Positions 58,226 through 64,000 of a DNA stretch of 64,000 nucleotides are shown one piece after another. The stretch covers positions 3,956 to 67,955 of the forward strand of contig CAWDOI010000016.1 in the NCBI GenBank assembly GCA_963803835.1, in the 5' to 3' direction. Both the position numbers and the translations under genes were made by a program. The notes below the pieces were generated by a model. The model ran no database searches. It worked only from the letters and a program-made list of their open reading frames with translations, and was not told the origin of the DNA. Every line of letters begins with the position of its first letter. Position 1 is the stretch's first letter. The DNA is from an uncultured Acidobacteriota bacterium. Its GTDB lineage: Bacteria; Acidobacteriota; Terriglobia; Acidiferrales; UBA7541.

Positions 58226-58561
58226 TCAGACGCGGGCAAGGGCGCCGGCTTCGTCATCCACAAGATCAAGCACGCTATCGAGACGGACCATCTTGAGGAG
58301 CATTCGAATGCGCTGCGTTGGAGCGTAGTATATGCATTTGCCGCCAGCGCGTTTGACGGTTGTAAAGGAGCGGACAAGCGCGCCTATGCCCGAGCTATCG
58401 AGTTCGGTCACGCCGGCAAGGTTCACCGCGATATGGGGAGTCCCAGCATCTACCAGTTTTTGGATTTGTTCCTTGAACGCTTGCTCGGAGTCGCCCAGCC
58501 GAAGTGGCCCGGTCAAATCGAGTATGGTGGCGGTGCCTGCCTTGCGAATCTGGATTTCCAT
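58226..58561 (-). CDS. STAS-domain anti-sigma-factor antagonist (SpoIIAA-like)
   Basis: Starts MEIQIRKAGTATILDLTGPL. The motif VTELDSSGIGALV contains the phosphorylatable serine context. Confidence 0.8.
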   Translation of the reverse strand: MEIQIRKAGTATILDLTGPLRLGDSEQAFKEQIQKLVDAGTPHIAVNLAGVTELDSSGIGALVRSFTTVKRAGGKCIYYAPTQRIRMLLKMVRLDSVLDLVDDEAGALARV

Positions 58562-58746
58562 CTGCGCCTCGCGCTCAGTCAAACTAGCTGAAAAGTTCAA
58601 TGCAATCAAGTCCCGAGCTACCTGGCGACCCTTATTGACGCTGACAGCCGCATTTGTTAGGCTGCCCGCGTTTCGCATCCCCCGGGCATTTGCCCGACAC
58701 CCTCGTAATCAGTACGGGTGTTTCAGGATTCCAGCCAAGGAAGGCC

Positions 58747-61170
58747 ATGGAGAATCCATCGGCGCTCGTTCAGCTCGCGAGCGTCCTTTTTGCCTGCCGC
58801 GACGGTTCGACATTGCGCCGAACTTTTGTCGCTCGAGTGGGCAGCGCGCTCGGCGCCCGCGCCGTGTTCCTTTGGCTGGCCGAGGGAGAAGAGCGCGAAC
58901 TCGTGTGCCGGGCGCGATGGACCGAGCCTGACGAAAAGCTTGCGCCCGCGAGCGACCGCGTTAGCGATGGAATTCTTGCCGCTGCGCTAGAGGAATCATC
59001 GCCTTATCGCGCATCCAGCGCGGAAATTGACGCTGATTCTTTCACCCACTTATCCGCCGCTCAACGCAAATCGATTCAGTCGGTGCTGCTCGTTCCGTTT
59101 CCTGGCACGGAGGGCGCTTCCGGTGTCGTCGAAGTCCTCAACAAGAAGGGCGGATTCACCGCTGCCGACGCCGAATTCCTGGAAACGGCAGTGCGACTCG
59201 CGTCGCAAGCGGATGGGCTGCTCGTCGAAGCTGAAGTCGAGCGCGATACGCAACTTGGAACAATCGAGCGCCTGACGGCGCTCTACGATATTAGCCGGAT
59301 CTTCAATTCCACGCTCGAGCTCAGCGAGCTCACACCGATCGTTGCCGGCAAGATGCGCGACATTCTCCACGCGCAGGCCTGCAATTTGTGGCTCGTCAGC
59401 GGAAATGGGGACGAATTAACGCTGGCACAGAAAGACGGCGACGACCCCACGGTCGAGGACGGCACGACGATTCCAGTCGAATCCGGGCATCTGGCTGAAG
59501 CGGCACGCAGCGGCAACGCGCGACTCATCGAAAATCCTGCCGAAAACGAATCGCTGGCTGAACGCTTAAAGGCGGGAGGCGATTTCGAGATTCAATCGAT
59601 CATCTGCTCGCCGTTGCGGAAGGAAGAGCAGGTCATAGGCGTCATCGAGCTGATTAACAAAGACGACGGCACGGCATTCACCGAAGAAGACGTGTTCTTC
59701 CTTTCGAGCATCAGCGAACAGGCGGCGGTGGCGCTGAACAACGCGAATCTTCTTGAGTCCGAGCGGAAACTGCACGAGCTGGATGCGCTTCTGAAAATTA
59801 GCCAAGCGATCACTTCGACGCTCGATCTCGATCACGTTTTGACCACGGTGGCGCAGCAGGCTGGCACCGTCGTCACATTCGATCAGTGCGTAATCGGATT
59901 CTTCGATCGCAATAAATTCGTGCTCGGCGCGGTGTCCGGCGAGGAAGAAGTTCCAAAGTCGGATGAGATGGATGCGCTGCGGAAGCTTCTCGAATGGGTC
60001 TCGACGCAGGAATCCGCGGTCCGCGCCGACAAGTCCGAGGAGGGTTGGGAAACTGATCCCGAGTCGGCGCGCGACGTCGCCTCCGGTTTTCTGGACGAAC
60101 ACGGTTACGGCGGGTTCTACGCTCTCCCTCTGCGCGACGATCAAGGAACCGTCGGCGTGCTCTGCATGCTGAATGGCGATCCTGAATTTCTGGACGACAA
60201 TCAACGCGAAACGGTGTCGATTCTTGCGAGCCAGACGACGGTGGCGATTCGAAACGCGCAACTCTATCAGCAAGTGCCGCTGGCGGGATTCCTCAAGCCG
60301 CTGGCACAAAGAAGACAGCAGTTTTTTGGTGCGGGCGCGCAATCGCGCTGGTTCGAGTATGGTTGGAAGGCAACTCTCGCCGCCGTTGTCTTGACGATCG
60401 TGCCGTGGCCGGTGCGAGTCAGCACGAATGCTACGGTGGTTCCAGCCGATCGCCGGGTGATTAGCGCCGTTGCCGGAGGCATCGTCAGGCATGTGTTTGT
60501 GCACGAGGGGGACACTGTCACGCGCGGCCAGACGATCGCGCAACTCGACGATGGCGAAGACCGCGTCAAGCTCGAGCGCGCGAAAAGCGATCTCGCACTC
60601 GCGCAACATGACCTCGCGGAAGCAGAATTCAAGCGCGACCTCACAGTCGCATCGCAAGCGCGCCTCCGTGCCGAAGCTGCGGAAGCGAATGTAAAACTCG
60701 AGGACCAGCGCGTCGCGGATGCACAGCTTCGCGCCCCAATTGACGGTGTCGTTGTATCGCCGAAGATCGAGGAAAAAACCGGCACGATGTTGGCGGAAGG
60801 CCAGGCCTTCTGCGAAATCGTCCAGCAACAACGGATGGCGATCGATATGAATGTTGCCGAGACGGATCTCGATCTGATTCGCGCCGGAAGAAGCGTCGCG
60901 CTCAAGCTGAATGCGTTCCCGACGCAGACATTCACTGGAACGGTGGACCGCGTAGGCGTTCGATCGGAGGCCATCGAGGGCGAAGAATTCTTTGTGATTC
61001 GGGCGGTGTTTGTAAACGCGGGCATGCGGGCCCGCGATGGGATGGCAGGGCGCGCGCGCATTCGCGCCGACGGCGGATGGTTCGGCACTGGCTGGTACCC
61101 GATCGGGTACGCGCTGTTGCGTTCGCCATTCCGCTGGCTGTGGGAGAAGATTTGGTTGTGGATGCCGTAG
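58747..61170 (+). CDS. multi-GAF sensor fused through one TM helix to a HlyD-family membrane-fusion (periplasmic adaptor) domain
   Basis: ATG 58747 follows AAGGAAGG. Three GAF-like blocks (e.g. SVLLVPF.....GVVEVLNK, SIICSPLRKEEQVIGVIELINK, FYALPLRDDQGTVGVLCMLN). TM ATLAAVVLTIVPWPV. Lipoyl-like VAGGIVRHVFVHEGDTVTRGQTIAQLDD, then a coiled coil and a beta-barrel. Confidence 0.75.
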   Translation: MENPSALVQLASVLFACRDGSTLRRTFVARVGSALGARAVFLWLAEGEERELVCRARWTEPDEKLAPASDRVSDGILAAALEESSPYRASSAEIDADSFTHLSAAQRKSIQSVLLVPFPGTEGASGVVEVLNKKGGFTAADAEFLETAVRLASQADGLLVEAEVERDTQLGTIERLTALYDISRIFNSTLELSELTPIVAGKMRDILHAQACNLWLVSGNGDELTLAQKDGDDPTVEDGTTIPVESGHLAEAARSGNARLIENPAENESLAERLKAGGDFEIQSIICSPLRKEEQVIGVIELINKDDGTAFTEEDVFFLSSISEQAAVALNNANLLESERKLHELDALLKISQAITSTLDLDHVLTTVAQQAGTVVTFDQCVIGFFDRNKFVLGAVSGEEEVPKSDEMDALRKLLEWVSTQESAVRADKSEEGWETDPESARDVASGFLDEHGYGGFYALPLRDDQGTVGVLCMLNGDPEFLDDNQRETVSILASQTTVAIRNAQLYQQVPLAGFLKPLAQRRQQFFGAGAQSRWFEYGWKATLAAVVLTIVPWPVRVSTNATVVPADRRVISAVAGGIVRHVFVHEGDTVTRGQTIAQLDDGEDRVKLERAKSDLALAQHDLAEAEFKRDLTVASQARLRAEAAEANVKLEDQRVADAQLRAPIDGVVVSPKIEEKTGTMLAEGQAFCEIVQQQRMAIDMNVAETDLDLIRAGRSVALKLNAFPTQTFTGTVDRVGVRSEAIEGEEFFVIRAVFVNAGMRARDGMAGRARIRADGGWFGTGWYPIGYALLRSPFRWLWEKIWLWMP

Positions 61171-61230
61171 TCGCGAGTGTGTGAATCGTCGGCGGCACAG
61201 CGAAGAGTCACTGCGATTCGAGGGGCGATC

Positions 61231-62145
61231 ATGAGAAGTAGAGCGTGGATGTGGGCATCCGTCTTGACGTTAGCCACGGCTGGCTGCGGCGGTGAGAACG
61301 CGGCAACACCTGCTGCCGTATCCGTACGCATTACGTCCCCAACTCCGAGTTCTGCCGATTCCGGCGCATCGAACGCTTCCGGGAACATTCTCAGCGTACT
61401 GACGGTCGAGCACGAGGTGGATGTGCGCGCGCAACGAGAAGGAATCGTTCAGCAAATCGGCGTAGAAGAAGGGCAGAAGGTCACGGCCGGTGAAATTCTT
61501 GGACGTCTCGATGATCGCTCGCTTCAGATGGAGTTGCAGAAGGCGCAATCCGATCTGCTCGTCGCGCAAAATAATCTGAAATACAAGGAAGCCGAGCACC
61601 AAGCTAAGGAAGCAAATCTGCGCCGTCAGGATCTCCTCCGCCAAGCAGGCCTGAGCAGCGAAGCCGATCTCGAAGAAGCCCAGTTCGAAGCGAAGGCGAC
61701 GGAGTTCGACGCTGAGAGCTGCAAGGCGCTTGTGAAGAGTAGCGAAGCGCAGATACAGAGCCTGAAGTTTGACGTCGAACAAACGCAATTTCGGGCGCCG
61801 TTCTCCGGGATCGTCGTACGGCGCTACGTGCGTCAGGGGCAAAATGTCGCAAAAGATGATTCTGGCTTCAGGATAAGCCAACTCGAACCGCTGCAGGTTC
61901 ACGTCCAAGTTCCGGAGGGGCCAGTCGGAAGACCCAAGATTGGCACCGGCACGCAAATATTCGAAGTCGCGGATCCCTCTCATTCGTATTCGGGGCGAAT
62001 CGTCAAAGTAAGCCCGACGGTTGATCCTGCAAGCGACAGCTACGACGTGACCATGCAACTGATCGGCCCGGGCCTTTCCGCGCTGAGTCCCGGCATGGCA
62101 GTTCGCGTCGCGTGGCCCCCAATCGCTGCCGCGGCGAAGCCGTAA
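61231..62145 (+). CDS. HlyD-family periplasmic adaptor lipoprotein
   Basis: Lipobox LATAGC. REGIVQQIGVEEGQKVTAGEILGRLDD, a coiled coil, and RAPFSGIVVRRYV. Confidence 0.75.
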   Translation: MRSRAWMWASVLTLATAGCGGENAATPAAVSVRITSPTPSSADSGASNASGNILSVLTVEHEVDVRAQREGIVQQIGVEEGQKVTAGEILGRLDDRSLQMELQKAQSDLLVAQNNLKYKEAEHQAKEANLRRQDLLRQAGLSSEADLEEAQFEAKATEFDAESCKALVKSSEAQIQSLKFDVEQTQFRAPFSGIVVRRYVRQGQNVAKDDSGFRISQLEPLQVHVQVPEGPVGRPKIGTGTQIFEVADPSHSYSGRIVKVSPTVDPASDSYDVTMQLIGPGLSALSPGMAVRVAWPPIAAAAKP

Positions 62146-62155
62146 GGATTCCTCG

Positions 62156-64000
62156 ATGCGATACGGGCCCACCAGCCTGCAGATTTCCAGCGTCCTGGCA
62201 AAAGGACTCCACCGCCCGAAGCTCCGAGAGGACTTGAAAATCAGCGCGCAACAAGTCGCCGGCAAAGCTAGCTATGTCATCAAAGAGCCGGATACGGCGT
62301 CATACAACCGCTACGGGCCGATCGAATACGAACTTTTGACGCTTTGCGATGGCACGCGAACGCCCGCCGAGGTTGCGGAGGGGATGACGAGTCTCCACCC
62401 CGATGCTCCACTCGACGAGGTTAGCGTTCTCGATTTCCTTGATACGGTGGACGCAAATCTATGGGTTCGAACTGTCGGCGAGAAAAATCTCGCGATGCTC
62501 GAGCGAATTCGCGACGAGCGCAAGGGCCGAACTGAATCTAGCCTGCTCCTTATCCAGTTCAAAGCGTGGAATCCGGATAAGACGCTTGCATGGCTAAGCC
62601 CTTACTGCGGCTGGATCTATACCCGTGGCTTTGCGCTGTTCTCCATCGCCGTATTCATCGTCGCGATGAGCATCCTGTTGAGTGACTGGAACCGGATCGA
62701 GCGGGACACCGCGGAGCTCTGGTCCTTCTCCGGCAAGAGCGGGTACGACATTTGGGCCATTTGGATCATCATGTTCGCCGTCGGCGGAATTCATGAATTT
62801 GCCCACGGCCTCACTTGCAAGCACTACGGCGGGGTCGTCCCTCAGATGGGATTCCTTCTCATCTACTTCACTCCCGCGTTCTATACGGACACAACCGACA
62901 TTTTGATCTTTGATACGACCCTGCCGCGACAACTCACCATTTTTGCTGGGATTTTGGTCGAACTTCTTCTGTGCGCGCTTGCGACTGTAGTCTGGGCATT
63001 GACGCTCCCAGGTTCGCTCGCGAACGATTTAGCGTACAAGACTCTCCTATTTACAGGCATCACAGGAATCGGGGTCAACCTTAACCCATTCATAAAAGCT
63101 GATGGGTATTACGCGCTCGCGCAGTTTGTACAGATTGATTCGCTTCGGGAAGATTCGATCGAATTCGCGGAAGCGTGGTGGCAGAAGTATTTTCTTCGCC
63201 GGAAAGTCGAATTGCCGACAGCAAGCCGGAGGCAGCGCCGGATCTTCCTGGCTTTCGGCACGATCGTGATGATCTACGGCGTCCTAATTCTCGTCGTCGT
63301 GCTGACCTTCGTGAACAACATTTTGGTTAGTCAATTCGGCGATTGGGGTTATGCCGCGACCGCTTTGGCCTTGTATCTTCTGTTGCGGAGTCGAGTGCGG
63401 CAGCAAATGCCGCGCATCCGCGCCTGGTATTGGAAAGCTCGGGAGGCATACGTGAGATGGAAATTTACTCGCGCGCAGCAAGTCGCGGCCGCTGCCGTCG
63501 CGCTGGTGCTATTCGTGCCGCCGTTTTCGAGCAAGGTATCGAGCGAGTTTATTCTGGAGCCGGGACTGAACGTCGAAATTCGGCCGCCCGCTGGTGGCCG
63601 GCTCGCCAACGTACTCGTGCATCAGGGTGAGGCAGTGCAAGCGGGTGACGTGCTCGCCGAACTTAAGAACCCCGAACTCGAGTCGCAGGCGGCCTCACTG
63701 GCGAGCCAACTAGGCAATGTCGAGTCGGCTCTTCGAATGGCGGAGCAGCATGGCTCGAGAGGAGAAGCGGCGCGCGCAGAGGATGAGCGGTCGAGGCTCG
63801 CTTCGGAACTTTCCGTGGCGCGGTCCCGCGTTTCCGGACTGACTCTGAGATCTCCTGTAAATGGCGTCGTGGTGGAGCGCGATTTCGAGCCTCATGCCGG
63901 AGATTTTGTCGGTGAGGGAGAGGAATTTGTTCGAGTGGTCGATCGCACCGAGATGCGAGCTCGAATTCTCGTCCACGACTGGGAACTCAATGAAGTGTCG
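62156..64000 (+). CDS. PqqD-like domain + M50 (site-2-protease-type) membrane metalloprotease + HlyD-like adaptor domain; 5-prime partial, runs off the window
   Basis: Not in the ORF track because no stop is reached. ATG 62156 follows AAGGA, and I read 615 codons open to the window edge. YELLTLCDGTRTPAEVAEGM...VLDFLDTV is PqqD-like. HEFAH (62792-62806) and NLNPFIKADGYY are M50 motifs. C-terminal LANVLVHQGEAVQAGDVLAELKN plus a coiled coil and RSPVNGVVV are HlyD-like. Confidence 0.75.
   Translation, partial: MRYGPTSLQISSVLAKGLHRPKLREDLKISAQQVAGKASYVIKEPDTASYNRYGPIEYELLTLCDGTRTPAEVAEGMTSLHPDAPLDEVSVLDFLDTVDANLWVRTVGEKNLAMLERIRDERKGRTESSLLLIQFKAWNPDKTLAWLSPYCGWIYTRGFALFSIAVFIVAMSILLSDWNRIERDTAELWSFSGKSGYDIWAIWIIMFAVGGIHEFAHGLTCKHYGGVVPQMGFLLIYFTPAFYTDTTDILIFDTTLPRQLTIFAGILVELLLCALATVVWALTLPGSLANDLAYKTLLFTGITGIGVNLNPFIKADGYYALAQFVQIDSLREDSIEFAEAWWQKYFLRRKVELPTASRRQRRIFLAFGTIVMIYGVLILVVVLTFVNNILVSQFGDWGYAATALALYLLLRSRVRQQMPRIRAWYWKAREAYVRWKFTRAQQVAAAAVALVLFVPPFSSKVSSEFILEPGLNVEIRPPAGGRLANVLVHQGEAVQAGDVLAELKNPELESQAASLASQLGNVESALRMAEQHGSRGEAARAEDERSRLASELSVARSRVSGLTLRSPVNGVVVERDFEPHAGDFVGEGEEFVRVVDRTEMRARILVHDWELNEVS

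Noticed and set aside
59566-62265. Long minus-strand ORFs (421, 373 and 331 aa) across the HlyD genes.
   Set aside because: They are antisense to genes with clear GAF and HlyD domain content, and their translations are Arg-rich and low in complexity.

Overview
High-GC chromosomal window that looks acidobacterial. The evidence is a PadR regulator translationally coupled to an ADOP-type duplicated FtsX permease, plus five membrane Ser/Thr kinases with TolB-like propeller or TPR sensor domains.

Layout:
- 0.1-3.1 kb: an envelope metal/redox operon (Cys/His-rich peptide, outer-membrane barrel, MerP-like HMA protein, TlpA-like thioredoxin).
- 3.1-17.1 kb: lower-GC accessory DNA full of small ORFans, carrying tRNA-Glu(CUC), a tyrosine integrase module, a stand-alone LigD phosphoesterase and hairpin repeats.
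- 17.2-29.3 kb: four tandem Ser/Thr kinases.
- 29.6-58 kb: housekeeping and envelope genes (MOSC, SorAB-like sulfite dehydrogenase, YidH, DUF302, APC permease, DUF885, PadR/ADOP, BI-1-like, a fifth kinase, a Dlt-like adenylation/MBOAT-like/carrier cluster, esterase, MacB/Lol-type ABC, YceI, FAD reductase, Gfo/Idh/MocA).
- 58.2-64 kb: STAS, then three consecutive HlyD-type adaptor proteins. The last runs off the window and is missing from the ORF track.

Most notable observations:
1. The MerP-like HMA protein encodes both cysteines of its GMTCxxC metal site as in-frame TGA, giving a predicted UxxU selenoprotein. Two hairpins lie immediately downstream.
2. An adaptor triad in which a triple-GAF sensor and a PqqD-like/M50-protease module are fused to HlyD domains, with no transporter gene seen in the window.
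3. A recurrent TTGACx-N17-TAxxxT-N8-ATG arrangement that implies leaderless mRNAs for the kinases, PadR and the metal operon.
4. Mosaic, gene-conversion-like structure in the kinase array, and an in-frame palindrome inserted in one kinase core.
5. An integrase module bracketed by inverted tRNA-Glu 3-prime sequences.

All calls come from reading the sequence and from remembered family motifs. No database search was run.
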